Positions 1-9,093 of a stretch of 64,000 bases of DNA are shown here, in pieces. A program made the translations under genes and the position numbers. The notes beneath the pieces are model-generated. The model saw nothing but the letters and a program-made list of their open reading frames with translations. It was not told the origin of the DNA and did not search any database. The stretch comes from an uncultured Verrucomicrobiae bacterium (GTDB taxonomy: Bacteria; Verrucomicrobiota; Verrucomicrobiia; Limisphaerales; Palsa-1400). The stretch spans positions 2,528,001-2,592,000 of the forward strand of contig OY969763.1 of assembly GCA_963702845.1 (NCBI GenBank). The letters are read 5' to 3'. How positions within the stretch are numbered: position 1 is the stretch's first letter; each line of letters opens with the position of its first letter.

Positions 1-6
1 AAGTAG

Positions 7-44
7 CCAGCGGCTCTGGACAACAATCCAGCCGCTCTGGACAA
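7..44. repeat. Two 17-bp copies (ccagc[g/c]gctctggacaa) at 21-bp period, possibly the end of a longer array cut by the window edge
   Basis: Positions 7-23 and 28-44 match at 16/17. Each unit is internally palindromic (ccag...ctgg). An inverted partial copy, ccagagcg, lies at 65-72. Confidence 0.6.
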
Positions 45-144
45 TCCCTCAAAACCTCCAAAAACCAGAGCGAAGCCAGTGTATAAACATCTATAAATAA
101 GAAACATATATCAAAAACACCCATCCACCTCGGCCAGTTGCGGC

Positions 145-285
145 CACAGCGTGACCTGCACCCAATCCAAATACGCGTTGACCGGCTTGGTGAGCGGGAC
201 CAAGCTCTGGTTCCGCGTCCGCGCAATCGGCGGCAACAACGCCCCCGGCGCCTGGAGCGATCCGGCGACCAAAATGGTACCTTGA
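145..285 (+). pseudogene. C-terminal fragment of a fibronectin type III domain protein
   Basis: Frame 1 reads HSVTCTQSKYALTGLVSGTKLWFRVRAIGGNNAPGAWSDPATKMVP*, matching the FN3 pattern L-x-x-G-T-x-Y/W-x-F-R-V-R-A...G-x-W-S. An in-frame TAA at 94-96 removes the N-terminal part. Not in the supplied ORF track. Confidence 0.6.
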
Positions 286-320
286 GCGAATATCGAATAA
301 TTTTAGCAGATGGTGGCGAA

Positions 321-590
321 ATGTCCTCCATCCTCGCCATCCTCACGATATTCGTGGTGATGCTATGCATTGGCATTGGCCTAATTATATTCGGCCTGCG
401 GCTACTCCGCAGAAAACAAATAGCAACTAATCCAAATCCGATTGCCTATGGCGCATTGGCAATCGGAACTTTCTTGTTATGCCAATTCGCCTACAGACCG
501 CTCGGCTTACCATTGGCAGCAGCGGTCGTCGTGATTTTTATTTTCCAATTCATCTGGTTCAGACTACGGAAACCAAAGGACCCTTCGTAG
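321..590 (+). CDS. Small hypothetical membrane protein (about 3 TM)
   Basis: ATG at 321, then hydrophobic segments MSSILAILTIFVVMLCIGIGLIIFG, IAYGALAIGTFLL and LPLAAAVVVIFIFQFIW. Confidence 0.6.
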   Translation: MSSILAILTIFVVMLCIGIGLIIFGLRLLRRKQIATNPNPIAYGALAIGTFLLCQFAYRPLGLPLAAAVVVIFIFQFIWFRLRKPKDPS

Positions 591-697
591 CTTTTGCGCA
601 GAACTCCCATGCCTCACATCGGCGCGTCCGTTGCCGTTGAGACGTCATCGGCGGCGCTCACTTGCTTTCGCGCCAACCATCCAGAATAGTCTCTCCA

Positions 698-3394
698 GTG
701 GCCGACACTCCAGACAACGGGAACGAATCCATCGTGATTCAGGGCGCGCGCGAACATAACCTCAAGGACATCTCCGTCGAAATCCCACGACACCAATTCG
801 TCGTCATCACCGGCGTGAGCGGCTCCGGTAAGAGCACCCTCGCGTTCGATATTCTGTTCGCCGAGGGGCAGCGCCGGTTTCTCGATTCGATGAATGTCTA
901 CGCGCGGCAATTCGTGGAACAACTCGCGCGGCCGGACGTCGATTCGATTACCGGCATTCCGCCGACCGTCAGCATCGAACAACGCAATTCGCGCGGCGGC
1001 GGCAAAAGCACCGTCGCGACGGTCACCGAAGTTTACCACTTCCTGCGCCTGCTCTTTGCGCGACTTGGCACGCAATATTGTCCCAAGTGCGAATTGCCGG
1101 TTCAGGCCCAAACCCGCGATCAACTCGCCCAGCGTCTCAAGGCGGAGTTGAAGCAGCGCGGCGACCTGTTGCTGCTCGCGCCGGTTGTGCGTAATCGTAA
1201 AGGCTTTCACACCGACGTCGCGATTTGGGCCGCCAAGCACGGCTACGCCGAAGTCCGCGCCGACGGCAAAATGCATCGCACCAGTGAACCGATGCGCCTG
1301 GATCGTTTCCGCGAGCACGACGTTGAAATCGTTACTGGGGTCCTGGAGAAGAAAGGTTCACGTTCCAAAAAAACGCCGCAACAACTGATCGATGAAACCA
1401 TCGCGCTCGGTCACGGCACGCTTTACGCATTGGGCAACGATCGCAAGATCACCGTTCATTCCACCGAACGCTCCTGCCCCGGTTGTGGCGACTCTTTCGG
1501 GGAACTGGACCCAAAAATGTTCAGCTACAACTCCCCGCAAGGTTGGTGTCCAACCTGCCGCGGTTTCGGAGAAATATTTTACCTGCCGGACGTGGAACGC
1601 GGCGCACGCGCCGAAGCGATTGAGGAATCCTGGTTCGAATGGCAGGAAGGCGAACGCGAACTTTGCACCGCCTGCAACGGCACTCGATTACATCCAATCG
1701 CCCGCGCCGTCCGCTGGCAAAGCTTTGCACCGCCAAAACGGAGCGGCATTCCGGCGAAGCCTACGATTGTCGATATATCCAACGCGTCAGTCGACCAGAC
1801 TCTCGACGCATTTCAGAATATCAAGCTAGCGGGACGCGAAGCCGAAATCGCGCGCGACATCGTTCCAGAAATCCGCGAGCGCCTGAAATTTTTGCGCGAA
1901 GTCGGCCTCGGTTATCTCCAACTCGGTCGCGCCGCTACGACCTTGTCCGGCGGCGAAGCCCAACGCATTCGTCTCGCCGCCCAACTCGGTTCCAATTTAA
2001 GCGGTGTTCTTTACGTTCTCGACGAACCGACCATCGGATTGCACTCACGCGACAATGAAAAACTGTTGAGCGCACTGGAGATGCTCAAGCAACGCGGCAA
2101 TTCCTTGATCGTCGTGGAGCACGACGAAGAAACGATGCGGCGCGCCGATTATGTCATCGACCTCGGTCCGGGTGCCGGCGTGAATGGCGGCAGAATCGTG
2201 GCTGCCGGCACGTTGCCGGAACTGATGCTGCACAAAGATTCCATCACGGCGAAATGTTTGCGCTCGCACAAAAGTTATCCAGCTCGCGGTGAGCGGCGGA
2301 AGATTTCAGCGAACTCGCCCCACCTGACGTTGCACCACGCCAAGCTGCACAATCTCAAAGACGTCACCATTGCATTTCCGCTGAACCGTTTCGTCGTCGT
2401 CACCGGCGTGAGCGGTTCCGGCAAAAGCACACTCGTGCGCGATTGCTTGCTGCCGGCATTAAATGAATATGTGAAACGAAACGGCGCGCGCGGAGCGAAG
2501 CTTCCTACTAATGCCGAAAATTCATTGAGTGGTTACGAAAACATCCGCGCCGTTTACGAAGTCGATCAATCACCAATCGGCCGCACGCCACGTTCCATTC
2601 CGGCGACCTATGTCGGCTTCTTCGACGAGATTCGAAACTTGTTCGCACAGGTTCCCGAAGCCCGCATGCGCGGCTACACCAGCAGCCGCTTTTCATTCAA
2701 CAGCGCACAAGGCCGTTGTCCGGACTGTATCGGCGCCGGCACAACAAAGTTGGAAATGAATTTTATGCCGCCTGCCTATGTCCGTTGCGAAACATGCCAG
2801 GGTACACGTTTCAATCGTGAGACGCTCGACATCGAGTATCGCGGCAAAAACATCGCGCAAATCCTGGACCTCAGCGTTGGTGAAGCTACCGAGTTCTTTG
2901 CATCATTCCAAAAAATCGCGCGCCCGCTGCAAGCACTCTGCGATACCGGACTTGAATACTTACGTCTCGGCCAAACCAGCCCAACCCTGAGCGGCGGCGA
3001 AGCTCAACGCCTCAAATTGGTGACACACTTGCTGACCGGTTTCACCAGCAGGAAAAGCGATGAGCTGCTGCCATTGAAAGAGCCGGTCTTGCTTGAGGTA
3101 AAGAAGCCAAGAGCAACCTCTTCGTTCTTCATATTAGAAGAGCCAACCATTGGCCTCCACATGGCGGACGTGAAACGTTTAGTCGAAGTCATCCAACGCC
3201 TCGTCGACGCAGGCCACACCGTGCTCGTTATCGAACATAATTTGGACCTTATCGCTGAAGCCGATTGGGTCATCGATCTCGGCCCCGAAGGTGGCGACGC
3301 CGGGGGCCGGCTCATCGTTGAGGGCACACCAGAAACGATCGCGAAAAATCGCCAGTCGCATACCGGAAGCATTTTTGAAAGATCTATTAGCTAA
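698..3394 (+). CDS. uvrA: Excinuclease ABC subunit A (UvrA), variant lacking most of the insertion domain
   Basis: GAREHNLK, two GVSGSGKS Walker A motifs, two LSGGEAQR signatures and CxxC zinc motifs. Probable GTG start at 698 (ORF open from 662). The last codons look frameshifted (alternative end [12 protein letters not shown]). Confidence 0.93.
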   Translation: MADTPDNGNESIVIQGAREHNLKDISVEIPRHQFVVITGVSGSGKSTLAFDILFAEGQRRFLDSMNVYARQFVEQLARPDVDSITGIPPTVSIEQRNSRGGGKSTVATVTEVYHFLRLLFARLGTQYCPKCELPVQAQTRDQLAQRLKAELKQRGDLLLLAPVVRNRKGFHTDVAIWAAKHGYAEVRADGKMHRTSEPMRLDRFREHDVEIVTGVLEKKGSRSKKTPQQLIDETIALGHGTLYALGNDRKITVHSTERSCPGCGDSFGELDPKMFSYNSPQGWCPTCRGFGEIFYLPDVERGARAEAIEESWFEWQEGERELCTACNGTRLHPIARAVRWQSFAPPKRSGIPAKPTIVDISNASVDQTLDAFQNIKLAGREAEIARDIVPEIRERLKFLREVGLGYLQLGRAATTLSGGEAQRIRLAAQLGSNLSGVLYVLDEPTIGLHSRDNEKLLSALEMLKQRGNSLIVVEHDEETMRRADYVIDLGPGAGVNGGRIVAAGTLPELMLHKDSITAKCLRSHKSYPARGERRKISANSPHLTLHHAKLHNLKDVTIAFPLNRFVVVTGVSGSGKSTLVRDCLLPALNEYVKRNGARGAKLPTNAENSLSGYENIRAVYEVDQSPIGRTPRSIPATYVGFFDEIRNLFAQVPEARMRGYTSSRFSFNSAQGRCPDCIGAGTTKLEMNFMPPAYVRCETCQGTRFNRETLDIEYRGKNIAQILDLSVGEATEFFASFQKIARPLQALCDTGLEYLRLGQTSPTLSGGEAQRLKLVTHLLTGFTSRKSDELLPLKEPVLLEVKKPRATSSFFILEEPTIGLHMADVKRLVEVIQRLVDAGHTVLVIEHNLDLIAEADWVIDLGPEGGDAGGRLIVEGTPETIAKNRQSHTGSIFERSIS

Positions 3395-4233
3395 GACTTA
3401 ATATCCCGCGTCTGAAATGCGCCCGTGCCGATGATGAAGAACGTCACATTATAGGCGAACAAAATACTGATCGACTCGCCGACTTTCCACCACGGTATTG
3501 GCTCACGCAACATATCGAGCCAGATGCGGAAGTGATACGTGATCATGAACGGCTAAAGTTCCTTAAAGAATTCAAGTTCCTGCAAAATGCGGAATAGGAA
3601 CAAAAATGAAATCGCCAGAATCGTCGCCGCTGCCGGCTTGATGTTGAAACAGGAAAACATCCAAGCAGGCCCGTCATGGTGATGGCAGTGATGATGAGCA
3701 TGGAGATTGCGCCAGCGTAACGCTGCCACGCTTCTGCAGGGCCGAATACAGAGAATAAACTCTCGGCGAGGGAGGAAGAAAAAGAGCCCGCCGCTCGGAA
3801 AAAACAACGACGCGAAACCAACACCAAACGCGCCAAGTGCGATGGTGAGAACGATTGAAAAGATAACGCCAGCCAGCCATTTAACCGTGAGCAACCGCAA
3901 TCGCGAAACGGGCCGGGACAGGATCATACGCAAGGTGCCGTCCTCGGCCTCTTTGGCAACGAGATCACCGCCAATGAGCGTCGCATAAAGCGGCAAAAGT
4001 AAGACGGCCATTGGTATGATCATGATGAGACTGATCGTCATGCTCGTGATGAATTGGTCAGGCGTATAACCCATCAATTCCAGGCGATGCGCAAGTTCGA
4101 GCCGGTGCGCTGGCCGAAAGCGCAGCCATAAGATGATGAACATCTGCGCGGCGAGGAACATGCAGAAGCCGATGTAAGTTCGCTTTTTGGCGAATAGCTT
4201 CCAGAGTTCCGCGCGAAGATGGTAGTAAAACAT
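3391..4233 (-). pseudogene. ABC-2 type exporter permease, disrupted as sequenced
   Basis: Motif GDLVAKEAEDGTLRMILSRPVSR and C-terminus FQTRDIKS* (stop 3391-3393). A compensating frameshift pair lies at about 3665-3775 and an in-frame TAG at 3553-3555; these may be sequencing errors. Confidence 0.8.
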
Positions 4234-4239
4234 TGTTCG

Positions 4240-5151
4240 TCAGTTGTCAGTTGTTAGAAGTCGACGGCTGCGCGACAACGTCAGGTAAAAGTCCTCGAGA
4301 CTTTGTTCTTTGTTGGCAATCTCGAAAACCGGTTCACCGCATACGACCAAACGTTCGACAAGCTGATTAGTCTCAGCCTGCGCTGTAAGTTGCACAAATT
4401 TTTCGTCCTGCGTTTGATCAATCAAATGCGCATCGAGAAGAATCTTTGCGGCGCGCGAGAAGTCACCGACACGCAAACGAACCCAACGTTGCGCGTTCCG
4501 CGTTTCGGCAAGTGTGCCTTCGAACACTTTGCGACCCTGGTTCATGATGGCAATACGTGTGCAGAGTTGTTCGACTTCAGTGAGCAGATGCGACGAAAGC
4601 AAAATCGTCAGGCCCATCTCACGGTGCAGTCGCAAAATCGTTTGCCGCATCTCGTGAATGCCTTCCGGATCGAGTCCATCGCCCGGTTCGTCCAGGATGA
4701 GCAGGTTCGGATTGGGCAACAACGCTTGCGCCAGCGCCAGCCGCGCGCGCATGCCGTGTGAATATGTCCTGACAATCGAACGCTCACGACCAGTCAGCCC
4801 AACCCATTCGATGATTTCGCGGATGCGTTCCTTCGGAGTAGGCGCGGTGTAATGCGATAGAATCTCGAGATTCCGCCAGCCGCTGAGATAATCGTAGAAC
4901 ACAGGCGATTCAAAAATCGCGCCGACTTTTCTCAAAGCGTTCGCTCGATCAGAAATGGCGTCATGCCCACAAATCTCAATCTTGCCACTGGTCGGCCAGA
5001 CCTGGCCGAGAATCATCCCGATGGTCGTGCTTTTGCCCGCGCCATTATGGCCGAGCAAACCAAATATCTCCCCTGCCCTCACGTTGAGGTTGAGATCATC
5101 AACGGCGAGGCGTCCGGCAAAAACTTTTCTGACCTGCTGCAGTTCGATCAT
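4240..5151 (-). CDS. ABC transporter ATP-binding protein (BcrA/CcmA-like exporter)
   Basis: GHNGAGKST Walker A, YSHGM signature, LLILDEP Walker B, SSH H-loop. Confidence 0.93.
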   Translation of the reverse strand: MIELQQVRKVFAGRLAVDDLNLNVRAGEIFGLLGHNGAGKSTTIGMILGQVWPTSGKIEICGHDAISDRANALRKVGAIFESPVFYDYLSGWRNLEILSHYTAPTPKERIREIIEWVGLTGRERSIVRTYSHGMRARLALAQALLPNPNLLILDEPGDGLDPEGIHEMRQTILRLHREMGLTILLSSHLLTEVEQLCTRIAIMNQGRKVFEGTLAETRNAQRWVRLRVGDFSRAAKILLDAHLIDQTQDEKFVQLTAQAETNQLVERLVVCGEPVFEIANKEQSLEDFYLTLSRSRRLLTTDN

Positions 5152-5726
5152 TTGGTGCCTTCGATTTCGAGCAGGTTTTTGATGTGACCGTCGGCGTATA
5201 AATAATTGACCGCTTTATTCGCACCGCGCAGGACGTGGAAACTTTCCTTGTCGAAGAAGAGTGGAATCTGGTGCGGATTGAAATTGATGCCGAACACTTG
5301 CAAATGATCCGCGTCCTGATCGTTGACCAAACTATTCCAGGCGTAACTCGAACCGGTCTGCTGAAATAAATCTTTCAGATCAGACGGACAGCGCCAGATG
5401 TTCGTGCCAGGCACGTAATGCGACAGAACGGTGTTCGGAATTGGATTCGTCGGGATCTGATTCGTATCGAGCAAGGCATCACGCATGGTTGGCAGGCGAT
5501 TACGATTATCTGCGACGTACATCTGCAAGCCGAGACCGAGTTGGTGGAGATTGCTCAGACATTGGGTGGCGCGACCACTTTCCTTGGCACGGGCTAGCAC
5601 AGGCAAGAGTAATGAAGCGAGGATCGCAATGATGGCGATGACGACCATGAGCTCGATGAGGGTGAAACAAGTTGGACGCAACGAACGTCGAACATTGAAC
5701 ACTGAACGTTGAACTTTGAACGTCAT
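5148..5726 (-). CDS. Prepilin-type N-terminal cleavage/methylation domain protein with C-terminal H-x-DG motif (PVC family)
   Basis: [29 protein letters not shown]...[16 protein letters not shown]...NYLYADGH. Confidence 0.9.
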   Translation of the reverse strand: MTFKVQRSVFNVRRSLRPTCFTLIELMVVIAIIAILASLLLPVLARAKESGRATQCLSNLHQLGLGLQMYVADNRNRLPTMRDALLDTNQIPTNPIPNTVLSHYVPGTNIWRCPSDLKDLFQQTGSSYAWNSLVNDQDADHLQVFGINFNPHQIPLFFDKESFHVLRGANKAVNYLYADGHIKNLLEIEGTK

Positions 5727-6352
5727 GGCCCGCCGCGCCGGAACATGCGACCGGCTTCCATGTTCTTCTGAATCTCTTCCAACAAGGGCGCGAGCTCGGC
5801 TTTCGTTTGCGCGGAACTGTCGCTGTAAACGCTTTTCAATCCGATGACAGCAATTTTCTTTTGTAAGTCCTCGCTCACGACGGGTTGATTGGTGCCTTTG
5901 GGTTTTGTCTTCTTGTCGTAATCGGTCTGCGACATTTCGCGGGCGTCCTTCAAACGTTCCATTGCGTTAGTGATGGCGCGGTGCCGCTTGTCTTCGGGTT
6001 GTTGTTCAAACGAGGCGAGCATTTGTTTGAAGCCGCTGGGCATCGTCGCTTCGAGAAAAGTCGCTTTTTCATCCTCAGTCATTTCCTGGAACCACTTTGA
6101 CCAGATATTATCGAGGCGCGCGGTACGACGTTCTTCAGGCGAGAGGCGATTGATTTTATTGGCAAGGTCGCGGATAGCTTGCGCACGAGCGGATCCGGAA
6201 AGTTTGCTCAAGTCGATCTGCGCGACATAAGCGCGGATTTTATCGGCGGTCATCCGGGAATGTTGCGAAATGGCGTAACCACCCCAGGCGCAGAGCCACA
6301 CAGCCACCAGCGCCAATAACGAAAGTATAACCGGCCGATATCGAGCCCTCAT
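5723..6352 (-). CDS. Hypothetical membrane-anchored helical protein
   Basis: ATG at 6352, an N-terminal TM segment ([19 protein letters not shown]) and a helical soluble domain. Its stop overlaps the start of the prepilin gene. Confidence 0.75.
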   Translation of the reverse strand: MRARYRPVILSLLALVAVWLCAWGGYAISQHSRMTADKIRAYVAQIDLSKLSGSARAQAIRDLANKINRLSPEERRTARLDNIWSKWFQEMTEDEKATFLEATMPSGFKQMLASFEQQPEDKRHRAITNAMERLKDAREMSQTDYDKKTKPKGTNQPVVSEDLQKKIAVIGLKSVYSDSSAQTKAELAPLLEEIQKNMEAGRMFRRGGP

Positions 6353-6689
6353 TGGAAATACTTTAGGACCGGCAGCCAAAAATCCAAGTCTCAAAGGCAA
6401 GTCCTGCGGGCGGACTTCGAATCGGAAACCTCAAACACCCGATTCACCGTGTGAACCAAAGATTTTTTGGCAAGCCAGAGTCAACTAAGGTCATGTGGCG
6501 CACCTTAACTAAAGGAAGAACGCTGTTTCGATAGCTCGGGCACATTTGAAGCCTAACAAAGACGCTTAAGTTGCCTCATATACAAAAGGCGACCTCCTTC
6601 GGCAGAACGCCTTTATTATTCCAACTTTGACCTATTTTCTTGAAAAAAGCTTACGTTGTTTGCACCTTATATCCTTGCGTAACTCCCCG

Positions 6690-9044
6690 GTGACAACCAA
6701 CGCAGCTTGGCGTAGCACGTTCAAAAACTGGCTTCCCGCCGTTGTCATTTTCGTCGCGGTAATCGTCGCTTTCTGGCCCGCTTATTCCGGTGGATTCATT
6801 TGGGACGACGACGCCATGTTGACTGGTAATCCTCTCATCCGTGGTCCATTGCGAACCTATTGGTTTACCACACAACCGGTGGATTATTTCCCTCTGACCT
6901 ACACAAGCTTGTGGTTGGAATGGCGGATATGGGGGATGAATCCAATGGGCTACCACGTCACTAACGTTGTGTTGCACGCATTCAGTTGCATCTTCCTGTG
7001 GCGCGCGTTTGTGCGTCTAAACTTTCCTTCAGCATGGTTGGCTGCCCTCCTGTTTGCGCTCCACCCCGTGACCGTCGAGTCCGTCGCCTGGATCGCGGAA
7101 CGCAAAAACGTCCTCGCGATGTTTTTTTACAGTTTAACGGTTTGGTCATTCATCCGCTTTGCGCAATCCGGCAAGCGAACGTTCTATATCTTGTCACTCT
7201 CCGCGTTTTTACTGTCTTTGCTCGCCAAAACAGCAGCGGCAGCCTGGCCGATAGTTGCATTTGCTATTGGATGGTGGATCTTGCGAAACTCCGAATTCTC
7301 CAAACGGAATCATTCATCGCGACTGAACCGATTTACCAAATGTACCGTTTGGAGTTTGCCGTTCCTGATCGTAGCCATATCCCTAAGTGTTGCTACTGTG
7401 TGGTTCCAATATAACCGGGCAATCGGCGATGACACCATCCATCATCACGATTTCTTCACGCGCTTTGCGGCGGCTGGAACTGCGGTCTGGTTCTACATCG
7501 GCAAAGCAATAGTTCCCTATCCAGTCATGTTTTTCTATCCGATGTGGAATATAAACTCCCATTCGCTGATATCCTTTGTTCCCGCGATAGCCCTACTGGC
7601 GCTGTTTGTTATCTTATGGATGTTTCGCGACCGCTGGAGCAGCCCATATTTTTTTGCGCTCGGCTACTTTGTTCTCCTCTTGGCGCCCATCCTTGGATTT
7701 TTCAACATTTATTTTCAACGTTACTCCTACGTCGCCGATCACTGGCAGTACTTCGCGTTGCCGGCCATTACAATCATGATCGCGGCTGGACTGAATAAAT
7801 TCAAACTACACTATATAATCGGCGCCGGATTGGCTCTGGCGTTCGCGTTTCTTACTTTTAACCAGAGTCGAGTGTATCGTGATCCCCAAACGTTGTGGGC
7901 CGATACTTACCGCAAAAACCCTCACAGTTGGGTGGCGCTTAATTACCTTGCACTCAATAAGGAATTGACTGGCCGGGTTGACGAAGCGATTCAACTATAT
8001 ACCCACTCGCTGCAGCTTAATCCCGAGCAGTCCGAATCCCACACCGGCTTAGGCAAGTCCTTTTGTATGCTTGGAAAAACCAATGAGGCAATGGAACAAT
8101 ACGAAGAGGCGATCAGAATCAATCCCCATCACGCGATACCGTATTGCAATCTGGCCGGAATCTTTCAAAACCAGGGCAAAGCAGATGAAGCTATCCATCA
8201 ATATCGTGAGGCCATCCGCTTCCAGCCTAATTATGCACCAGCTTACAATTCCCTCGGCCGACTCTTGTACATGCAAGGACGATACGACGAAGGCATGGCC
8301 CAATTGCGCCATGCGCTCGCGATTGATCCAGAGTTCCCTCCGGCCCTCATCAATCTCGGCGTTTTCCTTACCGACCAAAATCAGGCCCATCAAGCAGTTT
8401 CCTTCTGTCAACAAGCCGTTACGTTATACCCTGACGACGCGGATGCCCACGCCGCTCTTGGCAATGCGCTGTTCCACCTGAAACAAAGTTCCGCAGCGCA
8501 GGATCAATTCATGGCCGCGCTAAAACTTAACCCATTACAGGATCTCGCCCGCTACGGACAAGCCAATTGCCTTAGACTTTCTGGACGGACTAACGAAGCC
8601 GCCAAACTTTACGAACAAGTTATCGCGCAAAACCCGCAACATGCCGAGTCCCATTACCAGTTGGCGATGCTCCTTGCCGCAAACAAACAAAAAGCCGCAG
8701 CAGTAGAACATCTCCGAGAAGCTGTGCGTCTAAATCCCGGACGGCTCGAAGCTATCAATAACTTAGCGTGGTTTCTAGCCACTGATGCAAATTCAACACC
8801 AACCGACATCGCCACCGCCATTCGATTTGCTGAGCAAGCGGTCGAAGACTCCGCGGGTCGTAATGCAGTTGCTTTAGACACGCTTGCCGTAGCTTGGGCT
8901 CGTAATGAAATTTTCACCAAAGCCTCCGACACGGCCCGACTCGCCCTGCAGTTGGCCGAGAGAACAGCCCAAACCAATCTCGCAGTTGATATTCAAAAAA
9001 GGATCGATTTGTATGCCAAACGCACGGCTTATATCGAGCCATGA
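6690..9044 (+). CDS. TMTC-like GT-C membrane glycosyltransferase with C-terminal TPR array (paralog 1)
   Basis: GFIWDDD acidic loop after TM1, YFPLT, GYHVTNVVLH, HPVTVESVAWIAERK, VADHWQY, many TM segments, then TPRs (e.g. AYNSLGRLLY). Probable GTG start at 6690 (ORF open from 6627). Confidence 0.88.
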   Translation: MTTNAAWRSTFKNWLPAVVIFVAVIVAFWPAYSGGFIWDDDAMLTGNPLIRGPLRTYWFTTQPVDYFPLTYTSLWLEWRIWGMNPMGYHVTNVVLHAFSCIFLWRAFVRLNFPSAWLAALLFALHPVTVESVAWIAERKNVLAMFFYSLTVWSFIRFAQSGKRTFYILSLSAFLLSLLAKTAAAAWPIVAFAIGWWILRNSEFSKRNHSSRLNRFTKCTVWSLPFLIVAISLSVATVWFQYNRAIGDDTIHHHDFFTRFAAAGTAVWFYIGKAIVPYPVMFFYPMWNINSHSLISFVPAIALLALFVILWMFRDRWSSPYFFALGYFVLLLAPILGFFNIYFQRYSYVADHWQYFALPAITIMIAAGLNKFKLHYIIGAGLALAFAFLTFNQSRVYRDPQTLWADTYRKNPHSWVALNYLALNKELTGRVDEAIQLYTHSLQLNPEQSESHTGLGKSFCMLGKTNEAMEQYEEAIRINPHHAIPYCNLAGIFQNQGKADEAIHQYREAIRFQPNYAPAYNSLGRLLYMQGRYDEGMAQLRHALAIDPEFPPALINLGVFLTDQNQAHQAVSFCQQAVTLYPDDADAHAALGNALFHLKQSSAAQDQFMAALKLNPLQDLARYGQANCLRLSGRTNEAAKLYEQVIAQNPQHAESHYQLAMLLAANKQKAAAVEHLREAVRLNPGRLEAINNLAWFLATDANSTPTDIATAIRFAEQAVEDSAGRNAVALDTLAVAWARNEIFTKASDTARLALQLAERTAQTNLAVDIQKRIDLYAKRTAYIEP
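8308..8511 (+). repeat. 204-bp near-identical repeat, copy 1 (TPR region of paralog 1)
   Basis: 8 mismatches against 10717-10920; the last 91 bp are identical. Confidence 0.9.
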
Positions 9045-9093
9045 TTTGAAATACATTTCGACTCCCACATCCTGAGCGCACCAAACGATCAAA

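Noticed and set aside
7..44. CRISPR array
   Set aside because: Only two units with 4-nt gaps, no spacers and no cas genes. The 11-bp arrays at 23592-23795 fail for the same reasons.
138..320. N-terminal extension of the 150-aa ORF 138..590
   Set aside because: It is an Arg-rich shadow of the FN3 fragment in another frame; the membrane protein probably starts at ATG 321.
3553..3555. In-frame TAG in the permease as pyrrolysine or programmed readthrough
   Set aside because: It is a single case in a gene that also has two indels, there are no pyl genes, and TAG serves as a normal stop elsewhere in the window.
3670..3710. His-rich metal-binding motif HAHHHCHHH in the permease ORF
   Set aside because: It is an out-of-frame reading between two compensating indels; the correct frame is a TM helix (ISMLIITAITMTG).
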